NCBI GenBank assembly: GCA_040400775.1
Contig: JBBAPP010000001.1
Coordinates: 1 to 51,962, forward strand
Origin: Polaromonas sp.
Lineage (GTDB): Bacteria; Pseudomonadota; Gammaproteobacteria; Burkholderiales; Burkholderiaceae_C
Length of the DNA stretch: 51,962 nt
Direction of reading: 5' to 3'
The position numbers and the translations under genes were made by a program. The notes below the pieces were generated by a model, which ran no database searches, had not been told where the DNA came from, and was given only the letters and a program-made list of their open reading frames with translations. How positions within the stretch are numbered: the stretch's first letter is position 1; the number at the start of each line of letters is the position of its first letter. This document shows positions 29,495 through 40,173 of the stretch, one piece after another.

Positions 29495-32341
29495 ATGTCT
29501 GAGCAAAAAACCGACTACCGCAGCACCCTGAACCTGCCCGACACGCCCTTCCCCATGCGCGGCGATCTGCCCAAGCGTGAAGCGGGCTGGGTTAAAGACT
29601 GGGACGACAAAGGTATTTATAAAAAGCTTCGCCTAGCGCGTGCAGGCGCGGTTAAATTTGTATTGCATGATGGCCCGCCGTATGCCAACGGCAAGATTCA
29701 CATCGGTCACGCTGTCAATAAAATTTTGAAGGACATGGTCGTCAAAGCGCGCCAGCTCAAAGGTTTGGATGCGATTTACGTGCCGGGCTGGGACTGCCAC
29801 GGCTTGCCGATTGAAAACGCCATTGAAAAGCTGCACGGCCGAAGTCTGTCAAAAGACGAAGTCCAGGTTAAAAGCCGAGCCTTCGCCACTGAGCAAATTG
29901 CCGGGCAGCTAGAGGACTTCAAACGCCTGGGCGTGTTGGGCGAATGGGACAACCCTTACCGCACGATGGACTACAAAAATGAGGCGAATGAAATTCGCGC
30001 GCTCAAACGCATCATGGAGCGCGGCTTTGTGTACCGCGGTTTGAAGCCCGTCTACTGGTGCTTTGACTGTGGCTCGTCACTGGCCGAGTTCGAAATTGAA
30101 TACGCGGACAAAAAATCGCAAACACTCGATGTGGGTTTTAAAAGTGCTGAGCCCGACCAGCTGGCCGCTGCGTTTGGTTTGAAGAGTCTGGGTAAAGATG
30201 CGTTCGCCGTGATCTGGACGACTACGGCCTGGACGATTCCCGCCAATCAAGCGCTGAACTTAAACCCGGAACTCAGCTACGCGCTGGTAGATACCGAACG
30301 CGGTATTTTGATGCTGGCTGAATCACTGGTTGCGACGTGCCTGGAGCGCTATCAGCTCACTGGCCAAGTGATTGCCACCACGCAAGGCAAGAACCTGGCG
30401 TTGCTCAATTTCATGCACCCGCTTTACGATGTGAAAGATGACAATGGGGTACAAGGCTACAAACGCTTGAGCCCGGTGTTTTTGGCCGACTACGCTACGG
30501 CAGACGATGGCACCGGTATCGTGCACTCATCGCCCGCTTACGGCGTAGAAGACTTTAACTCCTGCGTTGCCAATGGCATTGCAACTGACGACATTTTGAA
30601 CCCGGTGCAAGGCAATGGCCGTTATGTGGACGACTTGCCGCTGTTTGGCGGCTTGAACATCTGGAAAGCTGCGCCGCTGGTCATCGACAAACTGCGCGAG
30701 CACGGCCGCTTGTTTACTACCCTTGACATCGCGCACAGCTACCCGCATTGCTGGAGGCACAAAACGCCGGTGATCTACCGCGCGGCCGCGCAGTGGTTTG
30801 TTCGCATGGATGAAGGCGAAGGGGTGTTCACCAAAGACAAAGCACCCAACACCTTGCGCAAACTTGCACTTGATGCGATTCAGCAAACGCAGTTCTACCC
30901 TGAAAACGGCAAAGGCCGGCTGCGCGACATGATTGCTGGCAGGCCCGACTGGTGCATCAGCCGCCAGCGCAACTGGGGCGTGCCGCTGCCATTTTTCATC
31001 CACACCGCCACCGGCGAGTTACACCCGCGCACCATGGAAATCATGGACCAAGCCGCCAGCACAGTCGAAGCAGGTGGCGTTGAGGCCTGGAGCAAAGCCA
31101 CGGCTGAATCCATCATTGGCGTTGACGGCGAGCATGGGGCACACCACTACATCAAGAGCACCGACATTCTTGACGTGTGGTTTGACTCGGGCACCACGCA
31201 TGACCACGTGCTGAAACACAGCCATGCGGCACAATCGAGCTGGCCGGCCGACCTGTACCTGGAAGGCCATGACCAGCACCGGGGCTGGTTTCATTCCTCC
31301 CTGCTCACGTCATGCGCCATGTACGACCGCGCGCCGTACAAGGGCTTGCTCACGCACGGCTTCACGGTGGACGGCAAAGGCCGCAAGATGAGCAAGAGCG
31401 AAGGCAATGTGGTCGTGCCCCAGGAAGTCTCCGGTAAGCTGGGGGCAGAAATTATCCGCCTCTGGTGCGCATCCACCGACTATTCAGGCGACCTCGGTAT
31501 TGACGAAAAAATCTTGGCGCGGGTGGTTGACAGTTACCGCCGTATTCGCAACACGCTGCGCTTTTTGATGGCCAACGTCAGTGACTTTGACCCTTCCAAA
31601 CACGCCGTGCCGTTTGACGAGTTGCTGGAGATTGACCGCTACGCCCTGAGCCGCGCCGCGCAACTGCAAGCCGATATCCTGGCGCATTACGAGGTGTACG
31701 AGTTTCAACCCGTTGTATCCAAACTGCAAATTTATTGCAGCGAAGACTTGGGCTCGTTTTACCTGGACATCCTCAAAGACCGGCTGTACACCACCGCCGC
31801 CGGGTCGCACGCCCGCCGCAGCGCGCAGACGGCGCTGCATCAAATTACCCACGCCATGCTGCGCTGGATGGCACCGTTTTTGAGCTTCACCGCTGAAGAG
31901 GCGTGGGCGACGTTTGGCGCGTCCGAGTCAATTTTTCTAGAAACGTATTCAGACTTCAAACTGCAAAACGATGTATTGCTGGCCAAGTGGACACGTATTC
32001 GCGAGATTCGTGATGCCGTGAACAAAGACATTGAAACCTTGCGAGCTGACGGCAAGGTTGGCTCGTCTCTGCAAGCTGAAGTGACGCTAGAAGTCAATGC
32101 CGATGACTACGCTTTGCTTACAAGCCTGGGCAGAGATGCAAAATTTGTATTCATTACATCCGCTATTGATCTGGTCGCTGGAAGCACGTACAAGACAACC
32201 GTTGCAGCCAGTTCAAACACCAAATGCGAGCGCTGCTGGCATTACGTCGACGACGTAGGCAGTCATGCACAGCACCCCACCATCTGCAGCCGCTGCATCA
32301 GCAACTTGCATGGCGTGGGCGAAACCAGGAGCTTTGCATAA
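29495..32341 (+). CDS. ileS: isoleucine--tRNA ligase
   Basis: [21 protein letters not shown]-terminal CERC..CSRC zinc finger. Confidence 0.98.
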   Translation: MSEQKTDYRSTLNLPDTPFPMRGDLPKREAGWVKDWDDKGIYKKLRLARAGAVKFVLHDGPPYANGKIHIGHAVNKILKDMVVKARQLKGLDAIYVPGWDCHGLPIENAIEKLHGRSLSKDEVQVKSRAFATEQIAGQLEDFKRLGVLGEWDNPYRTMDYKNEANEIRALKRIMERGFVYRGLKPVYWCFDCGSSLAEFEIEYADKKSQTLDVGFKSAEPDQLAAAFGLKSLGKDAFAVIWTTTAWTIPANQALNLNPELSYALVDTERGILMLAESLVATCLERYQLTGQVIATTQGKNLALLNFMHPLYDVKDDNGVQGYKRLSPVFLADYATADDGTGIVHSSPAYGVEDFNSCVANGIATDDILNPVQGNGRYVDDLPLFGGLNIWKAAPLVIDKLREHGRLFTTLDIAHSYPHCWRHKTPVIYRAAAQWFVRMDEGEGVFTKDKAPNTLRKLALDAIQQTQFYPENGKGRLRDMIAGRPDWCISRQRNWGVPLPFFIHTATGELHPRTMEIMDQAASTVEAGGVEAWSKATAESIIGVDGEHGAHHYIKSTDILDVWFDSGTTHDHVLKHSHAAQSSWPADLYLEGHDQHRGWFHSSLLTSCAMYDRAPYKGLLTHGFTVDGKGRKMSKSEGNVVVPQEVSGKLGAEIIRLWCASTDYSGDLGIDEKILARVVDSYRRIRNTLRFLMANVSDFDPSKHAVPFDELLEIDRYALSRAAQLQADILAHYEVYEFQPVVSKLQIYCSEDLGSFYLDILKDRLYTTAAGSHARRSAQTALHQITHAMLRWMAPFLSFTAEEAWATFGASESIFLETYSDFKLQNDVLLAKWTRIREIRDAVNKDIETLRADGKVGSSLQAEVTLEVNADDYALLTSLGRDAKFVFITSAIDLVAGSTYKTTVAASSNTKCERCWHYVDDVGSHAQHPTICSRCISNLHGVGETRSFA
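32161..32225 (+). repeat. degenerate family P element inside ileS
   Basis: gctat-tgatctg-gtcgc core; ccgttgcag at +37; encodes [15 protein letters not shown]. Confidence 0.5.
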
Positions 32342-32842
32342 ATGGCAAAGACCACTCTCATCAAATCATCCAGCGGCATGTTGCCTTGGCTGGGCTTGGC
32401 GCTGTTGATCCTGATTGCAGACCAGTTCACCAAGGTGCTGATCCTGGGCTACTACCGCCTGGGCGACGCCACTAACGTGACGAGCTTTTTCAATGTGGTG
32501 CGCGTTCACAACGCCGGTGCTGCGTTTTCGTTTCTAGCCAACGCGGGCGGCTGGCAGCGCTGGTTTTTTACCGGAATCGGCGTTGCTGCAGCAATTTTTA
32601 TCATCTGGATGCTCAAGTCACACGCTGGACAAAAGCTCTTTTCGTTTGCGTTGGCTTGCATTTTGGGCGGCGCAATTGGCAACGTGATTGACCGCACACT
32701 CTACGGCTATGTGGTGGACTTTTTAGATTTTCATGTCGCGGGTTGGCACTTTCCAGCGTTCAATGTCGCCGACAGCGCCATCAGTATCGGTGCGGTCTGT
32801 TTGATTCTGGATGAGATACTGAGAGTTCGGCGAAGCCATTAG
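32342..32842 (+). CDS. lspA: lipoprotein signal peptidase II
   Basis: [33 protein letters not shown]. Confidence 0.97.
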   Translation: MAKTTLIKSSSGMLPWLGLALLILIADQFTKVLILGYYRLGDATNVTSFFNVVRVHNAGAAFSFLANAGGWQRWFFTGIGVAAAIFIIWMLKSHAGQKLFSFALACILGGAIGNVIDRTLYGYVVDFLDFHVAGWHFPAFNVADSAISIGAVCLILDEILRVRRSH

Positions 32843-32843
32843 C

Positions 32844-32999
32844 ACAGTGCAAAGTCTGAAAACCAGCGCGCTGCACATTGATTTGATCAGCGATCTCAAG
32901 CGCATCAACTCGCATATTTGCGCGATTGCCTACCCGATTCTTGACTCTGCCGGCGCACTGGCACCGAAACGGTTGCGGCAGTCAGCGCTGGTCGATTAG
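32844..32999 (+). pseudogene. C-terminal remnant of a Na/Pi cotransporter (YjbB/NptA type)
   Basis: Start-less frame TVQSLKTSALHIDLISDLKRINSHICAIAYPILDSAGALAPKRLRQSALVD*. Confidence 0.75.
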
Positions 33000-33788
33000 T
33001 TTTAACACCGACGCGAAAATCAGCGCGGCTTCCAAGGTGAATTCATCGCGTTGCATGGCGGCCAGCAACTGTGCCAAGTCCATCAGCACAAACTGCGCGA
33101 CTTCTCCGTCCTGGTTGTTGGGCATCAAGCCGTCAGGCACAGTCGCCACATACCACTCAATAAACTCTTGCATATAGCCCGCCGCACCATCGCTTGATGG
33201 GCGGCAGTTGCTTTGACGACCGCCATGGGTCAAATTTTGCAGCTCAGCGACTTGCAAGCCTGCCTCTTCCCACGTCTCACGTTGCAAGGCAGTTTCGACA
33301 CTGTCTTCAGCGCTGACCATGCCGCCCATCAAGGTGTCCCATTTGCCGGGGTCGTTGGGTTTGTTCAAGGCACGTTGCTGTACCCAAAAGCGGCCGTCGG
33401 TGGTTTGCCCGACCAAATGCACGGCCAGGGTAGCAATGCCCAATGACCTGACGGCGCCGCGTTCTATCGTGCCGATTTGCACGCCCTGCTCGTCTCGTAC
33501 CGCCAGTTGCTCATTGCGCCAAGCGCCTGCCAGGCCTGCATCTCGTAATACATCAGCCAATTGGTTCAAGCGGGTTGTCACATCGGTATGACCCAGCACC
33601 AGATGCCAGCCTGATTGCTCCTTTTTCAGGAGCTTTTCACTCACGTATTGATTGACTAAAAGGTCAAAATGATCCATAAAAACAGGCTCTACCGAGCCAA
33701 TTTTCATGTTTTCTACGTAAAAAGCCACCCTGGCAAGCGCTGGACTTTGGTTAGCCTCAGCCTGAAGTTTTTGCAGCCAGTCCGCCAT
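32982..33788 (-). CDS. NUDIX hydrolase (DUF4743-type N-terminus)
   Basis: GAWRNE, PGKWDTLMGG, Nudix box ALQRETWEEAG. Confidence 0.88.
   Translation of the reverse strand: MADWLQKLQAEANQSPALARVAFYVENMKIGSVEPVFMDHFDLLVNQYVSEKLLKKEQSGWHLVLGHTDVTTRLNQLADVLRDAGLAGAWRNEQLAVRDEQGVQIGTIERGAVRSLGIATLAVHLVGQTTDGRFWVQQRALNKPNDPGKWDTLMGGMVSAEDSVETALQRETWEEAGLQVAELQNLTHGGRQSNCRPSSDGAAGYMQEFIEWYVATVPDGLMPNNQDGEVAQFVLMDLAQLLAAMQRDEFTLEAALIFASVLKLIDQR
33616..33682 (+). repeat. family P variant inside the NUDIX gene
   Basis: gctcc-tttttca-ggagc core, then cgtatt..gactaaaaggtcaaaatga. Confidence 0.65.
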
Positions 33789-33791
33789 CCC

Positions 33792-34787
33792 TTAGAGCGT
33801 CAAAATCGTGCAGCCCGTGGTTTTGCGAGCTTCCAGTGCGCGGTGGGCGGCGGCTACATCAGCCAAGGCAAAGGTCTGGTCAATCGGGATGTTGACTTTA
33901 CCGCTGGTGACCATGGCAAACAAGTCATCGGCCATGGCCTGGGTGACCTCGCGCGTGGCGATGTGGGTGAACAGGGTAGGGCGCGACACATACAGTGAGC
34001 CTTTAGCCGCCAGCAGACCCATGTCCAGCGGTTCCACTTTGCCCGATGCATTGCCAAAATTTGCCGCCAAACCAAATGGGCTCAGGCAGTCGAGTGATTT
34101 TAAAAATGTGTCTTTACCGACCGAGTCGTAGACCACGCTCACGCCTTTGCCGCCGGTAATATCTTTAACCCGCGCCACAAAATCTTCGGTGCTGTAGTTG
34201 ATAGCATGTGACGCGCCATTGGCAAGGGCCAACGCGCATTTGGCATCAGAGCCTGCGGTACCGATCAATTGCAGGCCCAGCGCCTTGGCCCACTGGCAGG
34301 CAATCAGGCCCACGCCACCAGCAGCAGCGTGAAACAACACAAAATCACCGGCCTTCAAGCCTGACTGCGGCAGCGTTTTGCGCAGCAAATATTGCGCTGT
34401 CAGGCCTTTGAGCATCATGGCCGCACCGGTTTCAAAACTGATCGCGTCGGGCAGTTTGCACACGCATTTGGCGGGCATCACACGCAGTTCACAGTAGCTG
34501 CCGGGTGGCTGGCTGGCATACGCAGCGCGGTCGCCAACCTTCAGGTGCGTCACGCCCTCACCTACCGCTTCAATCACACCAGAGGCCTCCATGCCGAGCT
34601 TAAGCGGCATGGCCAGCGGATAGACACCCGCCCTCTGGTAAATATCAATGTAGTTCAAACCCACTGCTTTGTGGCGGATGCGGATCTCACCTACACCGGG
34701 ATCGCCAACCTCTACGTCCACCAGCTTGAGCTCTTCAGGACCGCCATGCTGGTCAATGCGTACGGTTTTGGAGATTTGCTTTGTCAT
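33792..34787 (-). CDS. qor: NADPH:quinone oxidoreductase (MDR family)
   Basis: GLNYIDIY, LGMEASG, MMLKGLTAQYLL, HAAAGGVG, VYDSVG. Confidence 0.9.
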   Translation of the reverse strand: MTKQISKTVRIDQHGGPEELKLVDVEVGDPGVGEIRIRHKAVGLNYIDIYQRAGVYPLAMPLKLGMEASGVIEAVGEGVTHLKVGDRAAYASQPPGSYCELRVMPAKCVCKLPDAISFETGAAMMLKGLTAQYLLRKTLPQSGLKAGDFVLFHAAAGGVGLIACQWAKALGLQLIGTAGSDAKCALALANGASHAINYSTEDFVARVKDITGGKGVSVVYDSVGKDTFLKSLDCLSPFGLAANFGNASGKVEPLDMGLLAAKGSLYVSRPTLFTHIATREVTQAMADDLFAMVTSGKVNIPIDQTFALADVAAAHRALEARKTTGCTILTL

Positions 34788-34874
34788 GTGTTTTCCTTTT
34801 TGTGGCGATGTTGAAGGCTGTGGTTAATAAGTATGAGTATCGATTATCTTTCAAGCCTTGTTAAAGTCCCTACC

Positions 34875-35789
34875 ATGAACCAACGCCTGACGCTGCCAAC
34901 CGCCCTGCTTTTAACCGTACCACCGCTGATGTGGGCAGGCAACGCCGTCGTAGGTCGCGCTGTGGCAGACCTGATTCCGCCCATGACCTTGAATTTTTTT
35001 CGTTGGGTCATAGCCTTTTTTATTTTATTGCCTGTGACTTGGCAGGTGTTTAAAACCGACAGTAGCATTTGGACAAACTGGCGGCGCTACGCTGCGCTGG
35101 GCCTGCTGGGCGTAGGCTGCTACAACGCCTTGATGTACCTGGCGCTACACACGTCCACAGCGCTCAACGTGACATTGGTGGGCGCCAGCATGCCCATGTG
35201 GATGCTGGCCACGGGTGCTGTTTTTTTTAAGCAACGCATCTGGCGTTTGCAGGTGCTGGGGGCACTGCTGTCGATGGCGGGCGTGCTGATGGTGCTGTCG
35301 CGCGGGCAGTTGGCGTGGTTGCTGCATGTCCAATTTGTGCCTGGCGATTTTTACATGGTACTGGCCAGTGTTGCCTGGGCGTTTTACAGCTGGCTGCTTT
35401 TTCAACCGGCGGGCAGCCAAGCCAAAGACGCACCAGATATTCGCAGTGACTGGGCTGCATTTTTAATGGCGCAAATGGTCTTTGGCCTAGGCTGGTCAGG
35501 CGCACTGGCAGGCGGTGAGTGGTCGCTTACCAACGCCAGCATCAGCTGGGGTTGGCCGTTAGCCGCTGCTCTGCTGTACGTTGCCCTAGGCCCAGCACTG
35601 CTGGCCTACCGCTGCTGGGGCCTGGGCGTACAGCGTGTAGGCCCAGCGATTGCAGGCTTTTTCTCCAACCTCACGCCCTTGATCGCTGCCGTTCTGTCGG
35701 CAGCCTTTTTAGGTGAATTGCCGCAGCTGTACCACGTTGCGGCTTTTGTGCTGATTGCGGGCGGCATTGTGGTGTCCAGCAGGCGCTAG
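34875..35789 (+). CDS. DMT/EamA family transporter
   Basis: MWAGNAVVGR, about 10 TM segments, FSNLTP. Confidence 0.88.
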   Translation: MNQRLTLPTALLLTVPPLMWAGNAVVGRAVADLIPPMTLNFFRWVIAFFILLPVTWQVFKTDSSIWTNWRRYAALGLLGVGCYNALMYLALHTSTALNVTLVGASMPMWMLATGAVFFKQRIWRLQVLGALLSMAGVLMVLSRGQLAWLLHVQFVPGDFYMVLASVAWAFYSWLLFQPAGSQAKDAPDIRSDWAAFLMAQMVFGLGWSGALAGGEWSLTNASISWGWPLAAALLYVALGPALLAYRCWGLGVQRVGPAIAGFFSNLTPLIAAVLSAAFLGELPQLYHVAAFVLIAGGIVVSSRR

Positions 35790-35804
35790 CGCCTGCAATT
35801 TCAG

Positions 35805-36680
35805 CTAGACCCCCATCCGTACGCGCCGCGCCAACTCTTCGGCCTTCGCGTCATCAATCTCGCGCATCACACTGCGCATGTCGGGCGCCCCGGCTTTGTG
35901 CGCGAAGCGGCCGGTTAAAAGGGTATCTGGGTACAGCACGCCACGCTGGTACAAATCCCACATCTCCAGGCCGTAGCTGGTGTGCAGCAGCTCCGGTGCA
36001 AACTGGCCAAAAAAATTACGCAGGTTGGCCACATCACGCAGCAGCATCCGGGCCGCATGGTTGTTGCCGGCGGCATCAATGGCCTGCGGCAGGTCGATGA
36101 TGACGGGAACATCGACACCGCCAGGCGTACCGTCCAGACGCTCCTCATGGCCCAGCAAAATATTGAACTCTGACAAATCGCCATGCACCACTCCGGCGCA
36201 CAGCATGCGAACGACTTCCAGCAGCAGTGCGGCATGGTGCAGACGCGCATCGCGAGGGGAAAAAACCACATCATTCAGGCGTGGGGCAGCATCACCCTGG
36301 GCGTCTGTCACCAGCTCCATCAACAGCACACCATCACAAAAGTTATACGGTTTTGGGACGCGCACACCCGCTGCGGCCAGCCGGTAAAGCGCGTCGACCT
36401 CAGCGCTTTGCCAAGCGGCCTCTTGCGCCTGCCGGCCAAACTTGCTGCCCTTGGCCATGGCACGCGCCTGGCGGGTATTTTTGACCTTGCGGTTTTCGGT
36501 GTAGTCCACGGCCTGGCGAAAGCTGCGCTCGTTGGCCTCTTTGTAAACCTTGGCACAGCGGGTGTCCGCCCCGACCTGCACCACATAAACAGTCGCCTCT
36601 TTGCCACTCATGAGTTGGCGAGACACGCTGTCAATCAGGCCCTCTTCCATCAGCGCCTGTAGTCTTTTCGGTGGTTTCAT
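35805..36680 (-). CDS. RIO1-like serine kinase (PA4780 family)
   Basis: LMSGKEATVY, CAKVYK, VHGDLSEFNIL, IIDLPQ. Confidence 0.9.
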   Translation of the reverse strand: MKPPKRLQALMEEGLIDSVSRQLMSGKEATVYVVQVGADTRCAKVYKEANERSFRQAVDYTENRKVKNTRQARAMAKGSKFGRQAQEAAWQSAEVDALYRLAAAGVRVPKPYNFCDGVLLMELVTDAQGDAAPRLNDVVFSPRDARLHHAALLLEVVRMLCAGVVHGDLSEFNILLGHEERLDGTPGGVDVPVIIDLPQAIDAAGNNHAARMLLRDVANLRNFFGQFAPELLHTSYGLEMWDLYQRGVLYPDTLLTGRFAHKAGAPDMRSVMREIDDAKAEELARRVRMGV

Positions 36681-36727
36681 GGCCCTATTTTGCCTTGCCA
36701 GCGGATCTGCCCGGCGCAGAGAAAAGT

Positions 36728-37522
36728 CTAAAAAGTCCCGCTATACGCCCCACCATCGGCCAGCACATTTTGTCCCGTCATGTAACCGGCATGTACGCTG
36801 CACAAAAATGCACAAATCGCACCAAACTCTTGCGGGTTGCCAAAGCGCTGGGCAGGGATGGTTTTTCGGCGTGCATCCATCACCGCCGATATCGGCTGGC
36901 CAGACTTTTCAGCTGCGCCTTTCATGGTAGTTTTGAGGCGGTCGGTGTCAAACGCGCCGGGCAGCAGGTTGTTGATGGTGACGCCGCTTGCTGCGAGCTT
37001 GCTGCGCGACACACCCGCCACAAAACCCGTCAGGCCGCTGCGTGCGCCGTTAGACAGGCCCAAAATATCAATCGGCGCTTTGACCGCACTCGAGGTGATG
37101 TTGATGATGCGGCCAAAACCGCGCGCCGCCATGCCGTCCACCGTGGCCTTGATCAGCTCAATCGGTGTCAGCATATTGGCATCGACAGCTTTTATCCACG
37201 CATCACGGTCCCAGTTGCGGAAGTCACCCGGCGGCGGGCCACCGGCGTTGGTGACCACAATATCAAAATCTTGACGTACGGCAAATACCGCCGCGCGGCC
37301 TTCAGCGGTGGTGATGTCAGCGGCAACATACTGCACGCTAGCGCCTGAGTCATGGGCGTCATTGGCTGTTAATTGTGCAGCTGCAGCTTGCAATACGTCG
37401 GCTCCACGCGCCACGATCAGCACATGCACACCCTCGCGCACCAGCGCCTGGGCACAGCCCAGACCCAAACCCTTGCTGGCACCGCATACCAGCGCCCATT
37501 TGCCTTTGATGCCTAAATCCAT
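36728..37522 (-). CDS. SDR family oxidoreductase
   Basis: CGASKGLG, TNAGGPPPG, ITSS, LLPGAFDT. Confidence 0.92.
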   Translation of the reverse strand: MDLGIKGKWALVCGASKGLGLGCAQALVREGVHVLIVARGADVLQAAAAQLTANDAHDSGASVQYVAADITTAEGRAAVFAVRQDFDIVVTNAGGPPPGDFRNWDRDAWIKAVDANMLTPIELIKATVDGMAARGFGRIINITSSAVKAPIDILGLSNGARSGLTGFVAGVSRSKLAASGVTINNLLPGAFDTDRLKTTMKGAAEKSGQPISAVMDARRKTIPAQRFGNPQEFGAICAFLCSVHAGYMTGQNVLADGGAYSGTF

Positions 37523-37548
37523 ATGGAATCCTTAATGTTCTAAAGTTA

Positions 37549-38490
37549 CTATTTTGACTGGCTAAACACATATATGCCGGCGATCACCAAAGCGGTACCA
37601 GCGGCTAACCACAGGGTAAACGGCTCACCCAAAATGACCACCCCCATCAGGATGGTGGACATCGCGCCCAGCATGCCGGTTTGCGCTGTCATGCTGGCCC
37701 CAATACGCTCGATGGCCATCATCACCAGCAGCACGGGCAAGGCCGTACACAGCGTGCCGTTGAGCAGCGACAGCCAGACCACTTCAGGTGCCACCCAGGC
37801 GGCACTGATGGGCCTGAGCAGTACAAACTGCAGCAGGCAGCACAGACAGGCCACCAGGCTGGCAAGCCCCACCAGCCGCAAGGAGCCAATCCGTTTGACG
37901 ATCTCTCCGCTGTGCACCAGATACAGTGCATAGCTGATGGCACTGAGAAACACCAGCAGCGCGCCCCAGGCCGCGGCCGTGCCTTGCAGCGATATTTCAT
38001 GCCCGAACACCAGCACCACGCCGCTGTAGCTGATCGCCATGCCAACAACCTGCCGCACCGAGGCACGCCGCTGGTACAACACCAGTCCAAACAGCATGAC
38101 CAGCGTGGGGTTGAGGTACAAAATCAGCCGACCCAGCGAGGCACTGATATAGGCCAGCCCAGTAAAGTCCAGAAAACTCGACAGGTAGTAGCCGCTAAAG
38201 CCCAGCAGCGCCACATCGCGCCAGTCCTTGCGCGTCAGCGCCGCCTGGCCCCGGCTAGCCCACCAGGCCATGACGGCAAAAATAGGCAACGCAAACAGCA
38301 TCCGGTACATGATCAGCGTGACCGCATCGACGCCATGGCGGTAAGCCAGCTTGACGATGATGGCTTTCCCGCTGAAGGCCAGGGTACCGACAACAGCGAG
38401 CGCCATGCCGGGTAGCAGACTTTTACCAGTTGCTATATTTTTAATAGCTAATTGTGCCCTAATTTGTTGGGCTATAGGCTTATTTGGCAC
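37549..38490 (-). CDS. DMT/EamA family transporter
   Basis: FSGKAIIVKLAY, LDFTGL, LILYLNP; start uncertain (GTG 38490 lies inside a repeat). Confidence 0.87.
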   Translation of the reverse strand: MPNKPIAQQIRAQLAIKNIATGKSLLPGMALAVVGTLAFSGKAIIVKLAYRHGVDAVTLIMYRMLFALPIFAVMAWWASRGQAALTRKDWRDVALLGFSGYYLSSFLDFTGLAYISASLGRLILYLNPTLVMLFGLVLYQRRASVRQVVGMAISYSGVVLVFGHEISLQGTAAAWGALLVFLSAISYALYLVHSGEIVKRIGSLRLVGLASLVACLCCLLQFVLLRPISAAWVAPEVVWLSLLNGTLCTALPVLLVMMAIERIGASMTAQTGMLGAMSTILMGVVILGEPFTLWLAAGTALVIAGIYVFSQSK

Positions 38491-38497
38491 CTAAAAA
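38431..38497 (+). repeat. family P element overlapping the EamA start
   Basis: tgctat-attttta-atagc; gggctatag at +37; ctaaaa. Confidence 0.85.
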
Positions 38498-38531
38498 AGA
38501 CCCACAATAGCAGTTTTCGATGCTTTTAAGC

Positions 38532-40139
38532 TCAAAATCCGACCGCCTGCCCATCACGACGCGCATCGCTGGCGGCCACATAGCCTTCGACTTTGGGGTC
38601 GCCTGCCAGCCAGATGAACTGGCCCGCACCAAAGTCCTGGTAAGAGTCATTGATCACTTCCATGCGGTGGCCGCGCTGGGCCAAGCCCTGCACCGTGGCC
38701 TGGTTCATGGCGGCTTCCACATTGATCTCAAAACCTGCGTTGTAGCGCCAGCGCGGTGCATCGCACGCGGCTTGTGGGCTTTGCTGGTAGTCCAGCATGC
38801 GCACCAGCGTTTGCATATGGCCTTGCGGCTGCATATTGGCGCCCATCACGCCGTAGGACATCACCGGTTTGCCGTCTTTGGTCAAAAAGGCGGGAATGAT
38901 GGTGTGAAACGGCCGCTTGCCAGGTGCTACCTGGTTGATGCCCGCGTCAAGGCTGAAACCATGGCCCCGGTTTTGCAGGCTGATGCCAAATTCAGGCACC
39001 ACACAGCCTGAGCCAAAGCCCATGTAGTTGCTTTGAATAAAGCTCACCATCATGCCGTCTTCGTCTGCGGTGCTGAGGTAAATCGTGCCGCCCTTGACAG
39101 GATTGCCGGCACCAAAATCTTGCGCCTTTTTCATATCAATAAGTTTGGCACGGCTGGCCAGGTAAGCGTCAGCTAGCATTTGCTCAGGGCTCACCGCCAT
39201 CGACGATGGCTCGGCCACATATTGGTAGACGTCGGCAAAGGCCAGCTTCATGGCTTCAATCTGCAGATGCTGGGAGTCCACGCCGTCTAGCGCCAAACTG
39301 GCCATGTCAAACTTGTCCAAAATACCCAGTGCCATCAGCGCGGCAATGCCTTGGCCGTTCGGCGGGATTTCATGCAGGGTGTGGCCACGGTAATTTTTGC
39401 TGATCGGTTTGACCCATTCTGGCTGGTAGCCAGCAAAGTCGTTGAGCGTGTGGCTGCCGCCGTTGGCTTGGGAAAATTTAACGATGGCTTCAGCTATCTC
39501 ACCACCATACAAGGCGCCGCCTTTGGTAGCAGCTATCGCCCGCAAGCCCTTGGCAGCAGCGGTAAATTTAAACAGCTCACCGACACTTGGCGCACGCCCC
39601 CACGGCAGAAAGGCTTTCGCAAAACCGGGCTGGCCTTGCAGCTCGGGCGTGGCAGCTTGCCACTTTTCCTGCACCACGGGGGTTAGCAAATAGCCGCGCT
39701 CGGCAATCTCAATGGCAGGTTGCATCAAGTCCGCAAATGGCAGCTTGCCAAAACGCTGATGCATCGCGGCCCAGCTGGCTACTGCGCCTGGCACCGTGAC
39801 GGAGTCCATGCCACGCTTGGGCGGCGTGGTGCTACCCGGGTATTTGCGCTTGAAGTAATCGGCCGTCCAGGCTTGTGGGGCGCGGCCAGAAGCATTTAAA
39901 CCATGCAGCGCTTTACCGTCCCAAATCAGCGCAAATGCATCACTGCCCAAGCCATTGCTGACCGGCTCAACGATCGTCATGGCTGCCGCTGCAGCAATAG
40001 CGGCATCCACCGCATTGCCACCCAGCAGGCGCATGCGCAGGCCGGCTGTTGAAGCTAGGGGATGCGAGGTCGATACAACGTTGCGGGCAAACACCGGGAT
40101 GCGGGTGCTGGCGTAGGGGTTGTTGAAATTGAAGTTCAT
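38532..40139 (-). CDS. ggt: gamma-glutamyltransferase family protein
   Basis: GGNAVDAAIA, VTVPGAV, PPNGQG, nucleophile GGTIY, PFHTIIP. Confidence 0.9.
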   Translation of the reverse strand: MNFNFNNPYASTRIPVFARNVVSTSHPLASTAGLRMRLLGGNAVDAAIAAAAAMTIVEPVSNGLGSDAFALIWDGKALHGLNASGRAPQAWTADYFKRKYPGSTTPPKRGMDSVTVPGAVASWAAMHQRFGKLPFADLMQPAIEIAERGYLLTPVVQEKWQAATPELQGQPGFAKAFLPWGRAPSVGELFKFTAAAKGLRAIAATKGGALYGGEIAEAIVKFSQANGGSHTLNDFAGYQPEWVKPISKNYRGHTLHEIPPNGQGIAALMALGILDKFDMASLALDGVDSQHLQIEAMKLAFADVYQYVAEPSSMAVSPEQMLADAYLASRAKLIDMKKAQDFGAGNPVKGGTIYLSTADEDGMMVSFIQSNYMGFGSGCVVPEFGISLQNRGHGFSLDAGINQVAPGKRPFHTIIPAFLTKDGKPVMSYGVMGANMQPQGHMQTLVRMLDYQQSPQAACDAPRWRYNAGFEINVEAAMNQATVQGLAQRGHRMEVINDSYQDFGAGQFIWLAGDPKVEGYVAASDARRDGQAVGF

Positions 40140-40173
40140 AGGTCTTGAAAAATATACATTTATCTGGCGGGCA

